This document shows, in pieces, positions 10,819-20,446 of a DNA stretch of 64,000 nt. The number at the start of each line of letters is the position of its first letter. Within the stretch, counting starts at the first letter, position 1. Under the pieces are notes generated by a model, which worked only from the letters and a program-made list of their open reading frames with translations, was not told where the DNA came from and made no database searches. This DNA is from Phallusia mammillata (lineage: Eukaryota): the NCBI GenBank assembly GCA_965637545.1, contig OZ281496.1, forward strand, positions 14,012,001-14,076,000. Direction: 5' to 3'. Position numbers and translations under genes: made by a program.

Positions 10819-11508
10819 TGTTACCGTAATTTTTGCGTTATGTTATCACCTTGTTTCACGTTAGCCACCACCGTTGTACTGTCGGTTTATTGAGTTTGTT
10901 TTCTGTGTATGTGCTTATTTTCCTAAAACGGAAGTTATTACCTTAATTTCACGATGTGTTTTTCATGTTTTTCACTTAATCGCATTCACATCTGTTTGTT
11001 TAGTTCACGTTTATCTTTTAACTGTTCGATTGCTTCCCTGTGCATTGTTTTCATTTATACGGGAATTTAACCCACGGCACACCTTGTGTTCACTGCACCT
11101 TGCTTTAACTCCTCCCCTGCCGTTGCCTTTCGCAGCATTCCGGCTACAATCCCAGGTGTACCTTCTAAAGTAAGCCGCTAGGGCGATGATAATTGACCGG
11201 TGCGTTTCGACCACGTGACTTGTTGGTTTCCTTGCTTCTTTTACTAGTTTTGTTGCGATCCCTTTTTCGAGTGTTTTGCAGTCCTTTTGCGGGCCACGTG
11301 TGGTTACAGGGGTTCTTCCCCGGCTGTCGTACTGTTAACTTGTGTTCGTTTTTGTGCAGCGCAGTGACTTGGCCAATATTGTAGAATTTTATATAGTGTT
11401 TTTAAATAAAGACAGCAGTGCTCGAACGCGTCTAAACTAGGGTTTTTCGTGACTAGCCGTTAGTGCAGTGTTCGAGGGCTTTTGGCAACCATTAAATTGG
11501 GCGCCACA
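10819..11508 (+). repeat. 3' LTR (690 bp)
   Basis: Near-identical copy of the 5' LTR, directly after the PPT. Confidence 0.97.
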
Positions 11509-11805
11509 TTAAGCGTTTTAATTGATGCAGCGTATCCGCTACCCCACGCCGCGACGGCATATTGCAGATAGGGGTACGCAAAAGAGTAGTAGATAATACG
11601 GAGAAACTGTTGTCCAAAGTAGTCACGCAGCTTGACTACGTAGTCGTACAAACGTTGATACATATTTTTTTTAAATACCTTAGCAAAAGGGGATAGCAAT
11701 GAAATTGGTCTGTAGTTAGTGCATTCAACTCGTGAGCATGATTTATGAATTGGTATTACTTCCGCAATTTTAAGTTCAGTGGGGTATTCTCCATGTTGTA
11801 TAGGC

Positions 11806-12703
11806 CAGTGCTCTTCAACCGGGTATACTGTATACCCAAGTGTATACCACATTAAAACTAGGGTATACGACTGAAGAAAGGTATACGAAGGGAATACAGC
11901 TGAGGTCAGTGTTACTAAACATCGCTATTTTTATGAAATGCAGGAAGACATAGCATGCTGGTGACCTATGTGAGACTGACCTGCTTGCTGTAAATATTAT
12001 TACGTCAGGTTGGGATTGTTGCGTCAATAATGTGAATTATGAAGCAAATAAGCACATCCCTGGAGTCTGTTAAGGTTGAACAATGTACTTTCTGAAATTT
12101 TAGTTTTAAAGGCCCTGGAGTAAAGGATTGCGAATACAAAAAATTGAGAACAAGTCAACACCACACCACATGTCCACATCGCTGAAAGAATGCAGCAACA
12201 AGCCAGCCATTAAATCAACTACTTAGGTTTACACACTTTTGTATGCTAAATTTCCTAGACGTAGCACAGGGGGTGCACAACCTTTCCGCTGTGACGGCCG
12301 CATCGTAAATCCTTATTAATAGTGCCTGATGGCCAATTTAATTTCTAGCTTGTTACGTAGAACAGTCTAGGGATCAGACTTTACTGTTTATAACGTCACC
12401 ATCTAAATTGTGACGCTAACGATGCCTGTTTTCGCATTGTTTACCCATAGTATGCTTATAAAAAGTCTCAAACATGCGGCTTCTTGGCTTCTGGGCCAAA
12501 TATTTCAGTTTACATGTTCACGGCCACAGGTTGTCTACTCCTGGCCTTTTGTATGACAATAATTCACGCGACCAGGCAAGTAGCCTACCTATTGGTAGAC
12601 TGTTACTTTCTATGCACAATTATAAATTGCTATGTGTAGGGTATACAAAGTTGCTTAAAAATTGTAAAAGGTATACAACGGGAAAAAAGGTTGAAGAGCA
12701 CTG
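11806..12703. mobile_element. Non-autonomous hAT element inserted in the LINE ORF2
   Basis: 15-bp perfect TIR CAGTGCTCTTCAACC; perfect 8-bp TSD GTATAGGC. The LINE frame resumes across it (FNWCSLY-QHGEYPTELK). Confidence 0.95.
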
Positions 12704-14821
12704 GTATAGGCTACACCAGTTGAAAGTCTCCGAGAGCATAGGTGAAATAATGCTTTTAACCATTTTGATGTATTTAATAGGAATTTCATAACTGGGCACA
12801 GATTTTTGACTATCAAGAGTGGATATATACATTTCCACCTCATCAGGGGTAGTGCCATAGAAGAAGAAGGATGATGGCTTTATGATGGAGGAACTATCAG
12901 GTGGTGGCATAACTGGCTGTGGAATGGATGATGCCATATTTGCTCCTATTTTGGCAAAGAACTGATTGAAATTGCTAGCAATTGAAACTGGGTCTTTAGT
13001 GCATTGTGATATTCCATCTAGTTTGAGTTCTACAGGAGCTTTGAGTAAAGTTTGTTTTCGTGACAACAAACTATTAATAATTTTCCACATTCCACCAATA
13101 TCATTTCTGTGATTTGTTAGTTCTTTTTCAATGTATTTATGTTTAGCTTCTCGCAAAATGTGGTTTAACTTATTACGATACTGTTTATATTGATTATGTT
13201 TACTTGTACTTGAAAACCCTGATCTACATAAAGCATGATACATTTTATTTTTTACTTTGATTTATAAATACTTTTGCTTATCCAAGGTTTCTTGGCCAAT
13301 TTTCTTCTTCTACTCACTGTGGTCAGTGGTGCATGGTGTTGCAGTATTTTGTTAAATACATGGTTAAATGAAGAAAATTGATGTAATATAGTTTCAGATA
13401 ACAGTGGTATTTTCATAACAGCATCTTTTATATCAGAAATAAAATCTTCACTAAAAAACTGGGTCTCATTTCTTCTCAGGAATTTTTCTGTTTTATCACA
13501 GCAAGTTAAATGCAATAACACAAAAGTTGGCAGGTGGTCAGAAATGTCTGCAGTCAGTATTCCTGATTTGCAGGTAATATTTACATTGTTGGTGTAAAAA
13601 TGGTCAATAAGAGTTTGGCTGTGGTTTGTTAAACGTGTGGGTTGACATATTAAGGGTGATAGACCATAAATTTGCATAGAATCTAAAAAAATTTGAATGC
13701 TTTTAACTTCCTTGTATTGCATGAGATCTATGTTAAAGTCACCACACATATATACAGGATGGTTGGTATCACTGAGTTTATGCAATACTGATGATAGTGC
13801 ATCCTGGAACACTTCAAATGAATGTTTGGGATGTCTGTATATTACTCACAATATTACATTTTTTTGTTTCAGTTTAAATTGCAACCAAAGACTTTCAGTA
13901 TCTGGAGCAGTAAATTTAATATCAGATCTTATGCTATATAAAATGTGTGATTTTATATATACTCCTACTCCTCCTGCACTATGTGAAGTATCGATATGAT
14001 GGAAATTATATCCCATTAAATCAGTAGCAGTGATTATGCCATTCAGGCTTATTCTAGTCTCAGATATCATAACAATATCAGGGGATCTGATAAGCAGGTT
14101 TGTTTTTTCTCAAACTTTGAATGTTTGTGTGCAATATATACATACCTTTGTTGCTAAGTTTCTTTAGGGCATGGTTCAAGGATGCACAATCATAGTAACC
14201 TGAATGGGTGTGATCAATGCAGGCTGGTAAACAGGGTGAAAATGGTGATTTTACTGGTGAAATAGCATTTACTAGCTCTGAGTTACTGACATTGCTGAAT
14301 GGTAAATAGGACAAAAGGCATCGGGTACAAAAGTAAGGGGTGTTATTGTGAAGATTACTTGCACATTTGTTGCAATTCATGTGGAAGAAAAGTGGTAAAA
14401 GTTTGTGGGTTTAAATACTACAAGTATTAACAAATCTTATGCCTCACCAAGTCTTTGTCACTGTGGATGGGAATGATGTTGCTGTTGTCATCCTTCTTCA
14501 GAAAAGTCTCTCCGTTCAGTCCAGATGTGATCTCAGCCTCGTTGTTTACCAGCTAAGTCTGCACCTTATCATATTGTTCCTGCAAGAAAGTTTGGCTCTT
14601 GCGGATCTCCCTGAGCTCATTGATTAGTTCTTTTAGGGTTGAGTCGGTGGAGATTTTACTCTCCCGAACCTCATCCCTCAGGGATTCTATCCTTTCAAGA
14701 ACCACAGATTGGTCATCTTTCTTTTTCCTCAATTGAGACATTTTTCCAATAATCCTCAAGTTTTCACGAAATTTCACAGCAAATCAGATTTTGTATATTT
14801 AAATAATGTTACCTAAGCAAC

Positions 14822-14837
14822 CTTATTCAAATAGAAT
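14822..14837 (-). other. Exact 16-nt ascidian (Ciona-type) spliced-leader sequence ATTCTATTTGAATAAG
   Basis: Plus strand 14822-14837 reads CTTATTCAAATAGAAT. Its reverse complement matches the Ciona intestinalis SL exon, as recalled from the literature, at 16/16. It is in sense orientation at the LINE 5' boundary. Confidence 0.85.
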
Positions 14838-16074
14838 CTTTTCAGGCACATAATCAATCTCAATTCTTATCAAGTGTTAAAACAACAGCATTCCTGTGCC
14901 CGCCAAGTCGTCATGGTTGTACTGCCCTGTGCTATAGTTTGTGTCAAATAGGGTCTGTCGAAAAACATTAAGGTGTGACACGCTACACAGAATATACTAT
15001 AAAATATATGCTAAGTTAACGAATGTATTCTTTAGCAAGAACTTTCTGCAACGTGCAGTGAGGTTTAGGTAGTAAACGAACGTGTTGTCAAACAGCACAC
15101 CTGACGTGTTGTCTACGCCTGCAGTTTCACGACACACCTGGTAGGTTGTTTGAACACGCGTGTTGTCTAGAGTTACACAGCACAATACGCCAAACACAGT
15201 GTTGTTTTCATTGCATAGTGCAAAACGGAACAGTGCATAATAAATAGGAAAGAAAAGTTTGAACAAACAAAAAGAAACGAACACTGAATATAAAAAACAT
15301 TTGCCACACAGTGAATTTTTGCACATTAGTTTTAAGTATTTGAAAAAAAAAATTAATTAAAATTTAAAGCTAATCTACCATAAAAGGTTTCAACCCGAAG
15401 TACCTTTTGCCTGCCATCTTCATTGAGAACAATGTATGGATACTTAGGCATGTTTCTAGGTTGGTCCTTTCAAGAAAATAGCCAATATTACAACATGTTT
15501 AAACAAACATACAAATTGTAATAACTTTTTTGCTGTAAGTATCACAAAATTTTAGGGTGGGGGGAGGGGGCGTGAGCCAAAAGGTAAATAACCAAATTTA
15601 TTTAACTTTGGACTCACCTCCCCCTACAATTTTGCAACTGTAGTGTATTGTTTGCGAGCATTGTTCACGTTTTCAAAAAAGGAACGAATATTATGATGCG
15701 ATACCTTATGGCGTAACACAAACTTTAAATAATGACATACAAGGCAAAGTTTTTGGTTTGTTAGTTTAGAACAAGGTTCACCAAATTGGATTAAATACGT
15801 GAAGCATGGTCCAAAGCGTTTATCACCGGGTCTTTGTTATCAATCACTTTGGCCCTTTTCTGCTGACTCATTTACTCATGAAGAGAATGAAAATGTCAGC
15901 CCTTGCGTCACCAGTGCGGATTGTTACCGTTTCTTCTTTCACGTATATGTAAGATTTACGCACCTTTATTAGCATGGTAGAGCTACTAACACCGTAACGC
16001 AAATGACAACGAAAAGTTAATAGGTTATATCTCCAAAAATACTGACGGTTAGGTCTATTAGGGTCGGTGTAAGG

Positions 16075-16200
16075 CAGGGGTTCCAAACCTTTTTTCGATC
16101 TCGTACCACTTCGACGCTTTGTACTGCCACGCGTACCACTTCTTGCAGAACAACTTATTTAATCGAATCATATTTTATTATAAATAATAATAATATTGGC
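16075..16200. mobile_element. One end of a hAT-type MITE
   Basis: CAGGGGTTCCAAACC terminus; the partner end was not found and the right boundary is approximate. Confidence 0.45.
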
Positions 16201-17300
16201 CTCCTAAAATAACACTAAAGCAAATTTAACAAATCACAAGTTCGGGAAATGTTTATTTCCAGGCTAAAATCACAAATTAATTTCGCTAAAAAGCATCTTC
16301 AGTGTCTAGAAAGCAATAAAAGGGATTAAAAATAGAAAAGGCATTGAAAATAGAAAAATCTAATGTTTCCTTTGCACACACAATCAACCCTCAACTGAAA
16401 GCCCAACAGACTAAACTGACTGGACACGCAACGAAAGAAAACGAACGAAAGATAAAAACGTAAAAGGCGATGGAAAAAACACGCGTCACTTACACCTCTG
16501 TAAAACCATTTTTTTGATGTTTATTTTCGCATTGATTTTGTTTAGCCATTTGTCTTCGGCTAAATCCAGATCAGCAGTACGTGGCTGTTCCACAAACACG
16601 ACACAACAGCAACTTTCAATTGATGGCTTTTTCGCAAACTCGTTTGGATGTCGTTCTTTATAATGGTGTAAAAGCGCCGTCCCATCATCGCGCTGCGCTG
16701 TGTCAAACTTCGCCCAAATGGCGCGGTGACCCGACCACCGAGTTGCAAACCGATTCTTTGTCTGGCCTACATATTGTTCTTGGCATAAGTTGCAAGTGGC
16801 GACGTAAATGCCATAACTCCTACATGTCAGATGTTGCAAGATCTTAATAAATCTGCGCATCGGGGTTTGCAGAAATGCGGTATTTTTAACCATGTCGGTT
16901 TTGTGGTTTCCATGGTTGCCACATAGAGCACAATGCCCGCAGGGATAGCATCCTGATGAAGCGCGATGGTTTAGTTGCCCTAAAGCAAGTTTCCTAGGGC
17001 GTAAAAACACTTGTTGTAGGGAGGGTGGTCGTTTATATGTCACCATACAGTTGGGTTTAAGTGCCCTTTCTTTATCTGTGAGGTGCAGTAGCGCTGGAAA
17101 TTCCGTGGCCCAAACGAGTTTCTTTGTTCTTTCCTTTACACACGTACTGTTCTGGGAATGCCTTCTGTATTCATAACGCTGATCTTTCCAAGCTTTTGCC
17201 TCTTCAACTACAGCAGCAGTCATTCTTTTGGAAAAACCCGAGCAGCTCGCCTTTAATTGCAACTTTTCCAGGCTGTTTGTGTAATCTGCATACAACATAC
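16200..17300 (-). mobile_element. 5'-truncated Penelope-like element (Cys-rich linker suggests Neptune-like); boundaries approximate
   Basis: Linker GCYPCGHCALC and GIY-YIG domain YGIYVATCNLCQEQYVGQTKNRFATRWSGH...EDKWLNKIN; no RT core. Confidence 0.85.
16270..16308 (-). ncRNA. Candidate minimal hammerhead ribozyme of the Penelope-like pseudo-LTR
   Basis: The minus strand reads ACA-CTGAAGA-T-GCT-TTTT-AGC-GAA-ATTAAT-T-TGT: core CUGANGA and GAAA, a 3-bp stem II, a palindromic stem III and only a 3-bp stem I. It lies ~180 nt downstream of the GIY-YIG stop. Confidence 0.6.
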
Positions 17301-17655
17301 AAATGTTTACAAACAATAGTGGCTGAGAATTGATGGTCGCTTTGATCATTATAAATCTGCCTTCGACGTCTCGGTATATATTCGATAAAGAATAGGAAAG
17401 ATGTTTGTCAAATAGAATTGCGACCCTGCGACTATTTGTGTTGCCGTGTGCCCAAAATGCTTCACCGCCCCACTCCATTCCCCACAATTTTTCATGCTTC
17501 TCACAGCCATGTGTTTCTTGTAAGAATGATACATGACACTTTTTACGGTGCAAATATTTAAATATAGTTTTTCTTTTTACGGCTAGGTTTAAACGTCGGA
17601 CATTGTGAGAATTAATTTTAAGAGCCATGAAACCTAAATAAGAGTGATAATTCAT
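16486..17655 (-). CDS. Chimeric 389-aa ORF: N-terminal half of a Tx1/L1 AP endonuclease fused to a PLE linker and GIY-YIG endonuclease
   Basis: The first ~118 aa (SHNVRRLN, FLQETH, WAHGNTNSRRVAILF, RDVEGRFI, LFVNI) are L1/Tx1 APE-like and the rest is PLE. No stop across the junction near 17300. Confidence 0.75.
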   Translation of the reverse strand: MNYHSYLGFMALKINSHNVRRLNLAVKRKTIFKYLHRKKCHVSFLQETHGCEKHEKLWGMEWGGEAFWAHGNTNSRRVAILFDKHLSYSLSNIYRDVEGRFIMIKATINSQPLLFVNICMLYADYTNSLEKLQLKASCSGFSKRMTAAVVEEAKAWKDQRYEYRRHSQNSTCVKERTKKLVWATEFPALLHLTDKERALKPNCMVTYKRPPSLQQVFLRPRKLALGQLNHRASSGCYPCGHCALCGNHGNHKTDMVKNTAFLQTPMRRFIKILQHLTCRSYGIYVATCNLCQEQYVGQTKNRFATRWSGHRAIWAKFDTAQRDDGTALLHHYKERHPNEFAKKPSIESCCCVVFVEQPRTADLDLAEDKWLNKINAKINIKKMVLQRCK

Positions 17656-18470
17656 TTATGCACTTGTCCTATCAATCAATGAATCGTTTTTTTTTTACCC
17701 GCAAACGCAAATAATAAATTGAAAAGAAAAGTGATGGTCCTATATTAATGTCCCATTCATATTCTATACCACATTCGCACAAAAAGCGGCTGGCTGGGAC
17801 TGATAAGACGAGAGGATTTCTGACCACGCTTGCAATTAACAATTTTGCATCTGCAATCTTTGTTAGAACATTCTTGGCACGTTGTAACTTTCGGCAATGA
17901 GTTAACGGTATTGCACAAACACGTTAATGAAAACTTTTGACACACAAAATACTCAAACAAATTAACTTCCACTTGGAAGTCTCTACAACAAGGCATCCAT
18001 CTCATTTGATTGGTGCATGTTTTCGCGTTTTCTTGCACCAGGAAGAGTTCGTCAGTGCAGCTTTTAACTGCTACCAGAAACTTTTCAGAACAGCTCCAAC
18101 ATACAAACAAACGTATGGCAACATAAATCTTGTCGGTTTCGTAAAGTGTAATTTGCTTAGATTTATCTGACTGCTTTGAATAAAGTTCAGAACATTTTCG
18201 CGGCTTGTGCAAGTCACATCGTTTCTGTTACTTCGCATCTCAGCTATACCAATAATTTTTTCATTGGGTAATCCAAGTTCTTCAGGATTGCCTCATTACG
18301 TTTTCCTGTCTTGAAGCTGTGACGACTTGGTCTTTTAAATCCAACTGCTGTTTTATTTAGCGCCTCTGCGTAACTGGGTTTATCAGCCATTTTTTGCTCC
18401 GCATTACACGAACGCAACACGTGAACGTGCGATGCTTAAATCAACTCCGGTCAAAAGTCGACCTTTTGCG
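17300..18470 (-). mobile_element. 5' part of a Tx1/L1-type LINE (degenerate gag-like ORF1 from ATG 18390 plus the APE start)
   Basis: ORF1 begins MADKPSYAEAL and ends in decayed Cys knuckles (VCQKFSLTCLC, TCQEC, VNCKRG); stops and frameshifts are present. Left and right limits are approximate. Confidence 0.7.
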
Positions 18471-19534
18471 CAGCGTCACCTTGTGAAAAATGTGACCCAT
18501 TACAACATTTTCAGTGGAATTCTATGAACATACTGGATTTTCCAACCTAAAATACTGAGTGGGGTGTGTGGTTCATTCAATGTAAATTTAATTTCCACCT
18601 TTTCAATTTACAGTGTGTCTCGATGGTTCCAAATGGATATTGGGACTTCCCTGTGCCAAGCGCATAATTCGTTCTGCTTTAATCTCGAAAGTCTTTGGTG
18701 CAGAGAAGATGTGCATGACAATCTCCTGCTTTTTGTCCTATTCGGAATTTTCTTAGTTTTTAATTTCGCTCCCTGACGACCGAAATTTGTAATGGCATTT
18801 TGGTAATCTTATCATTGCAAAAACGGAATCTTTGAAGCGCTTGGTCGTACAGTTTTACTTTCGACTCCAGCTCCCGAGGCCCGTTGACTAATAAAACTAA
18901 TAAATAAACTTGCAAGCAGGTAGAACAGTGGAAAAGAAATAAACACATATTCCGATTTGATTCCTGTAAAACTAAAGTATGTGGTACATATCTCGACATA
19001 CAATTTTCTCCTGTGAGGCAAGTAACAGGTTGTATACATCAATGATTTTGCTGACACTTTAAGAGAGAGCTGTTTTTGTCAACAAAATGTTTCTGCAATG
19101 AAAGACTTTCTTTAATTTTTTTGATATGGAATGCTTCTGTTGATTTTTTCAAGCTTTAAGCATTTCCTAAATGCTAAATGACATTTTCTAAATAATCAAG
19201 TAAAAGATTTTAAAAATATACATTTAATATCTAACGTCAGGAATCTGAGCGCCTGGTATTGCGCTGGCGTCACACCAATTTCTGGAAACGCGTGAATTTT
19301 ATTTAAGCACGTCAACACGTTCACAACACGTTCACGACACGTACAAATCAACACGGTTTTCTGCGTAGAAAACATTCGCTCAAAATCGGAAACACAAATC
19401 AATTTTATGCCGGCGGAAATAAAGCTCACCAGAGTTTTGTACCAGGGTATCACAGATGTAAATATCTTGACATCAGGTAAGAATTTTATGACTCATATTA
19501 ACACAGTTGACATAGTAACAAATAAAATTTTACA

Positions 19535-20130
19535 GATATTTCATGCTTTTGTATGCAAAGAGCCCAGCAGCTTATGACACCCTTAAAGATATATTGATAT
19601 TGCCATCGCCAACCATACACTAAGAAAAAAGCGCAACAGTAGTGGACAAGTGTAGCCAGGAGTTCAACCAGGCTTGCAAAAATTGATTGAAAAAAATTGC
19701 TAATTAAACAAGTATTCCCCATGAACAAACAACAGTGCTTATTCTGGATGAAATGACTATACGAGGTTAAAACAGATTGTCTAAAAATTATGTTTAAATC
19801 TGAAAAAAAAACTGGCTAAAATTAAACTGTCACTTTTCTCAAATAGAGGACACTATTTACAATACAAACCTAAATAAGGTGATAGGGTATGCAGATTATG
19901 GAAACGGGGCAATAGGGAAAGTGGCCAGTCATGGTTTGGCTTTATTTTAACGAGGTACACGGTTGGTTAAGAAATTTAAAAAATCATCGCTAGAAGAATA
20001 AATCAAGATCCACTTGAGGGCTACTTTAAGGTTTAACGATACACCAACAGTCAGCATATTTGGTTATAATGCAAGAGCAACAATTACTTGTCTGAGGAAA
20101 TCAGTGCAAATGTGAGAGCACATGATTTTT
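19535..20130 (+). pseudogene. Degenerate intron-containing P-element/THAP9-like transposase remnant
   Basis: Frameshifted pieces read LYAKSPAAYDTLKDILILPSPT, VLILDEMTIR, KVIGYADYGNG...ASHGLALF and DPLEGYF...NDTPTVSIFGYNAR. Confidence 0.65.
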
Positions 20131-20446
20131 TTATTTGTTCTATCCTTGCATCATATTTTTCATGAAAGTAGTGGTTTATACACATGGTTTCATACAAACA
20201 TACATACACGGTTATTTATACATATATATCATTTGTTTCGATACATACAGCAGGGTTTCTAGAATCTGGTCTTTTAGTTTCGGAAACTGTTTCATTAATT
20301 CAAGGACCACGTGCTGATACTACAGGTGTTGGGGATATCTTTTATGCAAAATAGAAATTGTAATTTGTGATCAGTATTTCCTGTCATCTTACAGTGTATG
20401 AACAGACATTGAATAAAATAATATCTGACAAATTTGTCTTCTAGCT

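Larger units (their letters stand above)
8613..11508 (+). mobile_element. Non-autonomous Ty3/Gypsy LTR retrotransposon inserted in the LINE ORF2
   Basis: LTRs at 8613-9312 and 10819-11508 with TG..CA ends, TTAA TSD (8609-8612 / 11509-11512), PPT GAGATAGGGTGGGGGG (10801-10816). The LINE frame resumes across the site (SIKTL-NIKHNKILR). Confidence 0.97.
7502..14837 (-). mobile_element. CR1-group LINE (CR1/L2/Crack-like) with both ends present, internally deleted, 5' end capped by an SL sequence; about 3.5 kb once two nested insertions are removed
   Basis: Coiled-coil ORF1 from ATG 14741. ORF2 shows CxxC...FCTRC, ILHTNIQSL, SETR, GGVG, CGDFNIDL, TLIDHF and ISDHLP (AP endonuclease), the start of RT (VIPIHK...NYRPISLL), and the C-terminus HNTRR...RGPKVWQELP. 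The 3' end is AATAAA plus a (TGAC)3 tail. Direct repeat GAATCT at 7496-7501 and 14834-14839. Confidence 0.9.

Noticed and set aside
8627-11384. Duplicated ORFs at 8627/10874, 8815/11011 and 8997/11193 as genes
   Set aside because: They lie wholly within the two LTRs, mostly use non-ATG starts and show no domain features.
12267-12543. MITE nested inside the 11806-12703 hAT element
   Set aside because: The ends are only loosely inverted and no TSD is present.
14790-14837. SL RNA gene, since the SL is followed by GT
   Set aside because: I see no Sm-site-like motif or SL-RNA-type stem downstream. The sequence runs into LINE ORF1 and the TSD places the SL inside the insertion. The GT may be coincidental.
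17408-17418. 11-nt match to the SL 5' part (ATTCTATTTGA)
   Set aside because: It lies inside the AP-endonuclease codons for ILFD and lacks the ATAAG end; a chance match.
18564-19057. Possible coding exons on the minus strand
   Set aside because: All frames contain stops and I recognise no motif.
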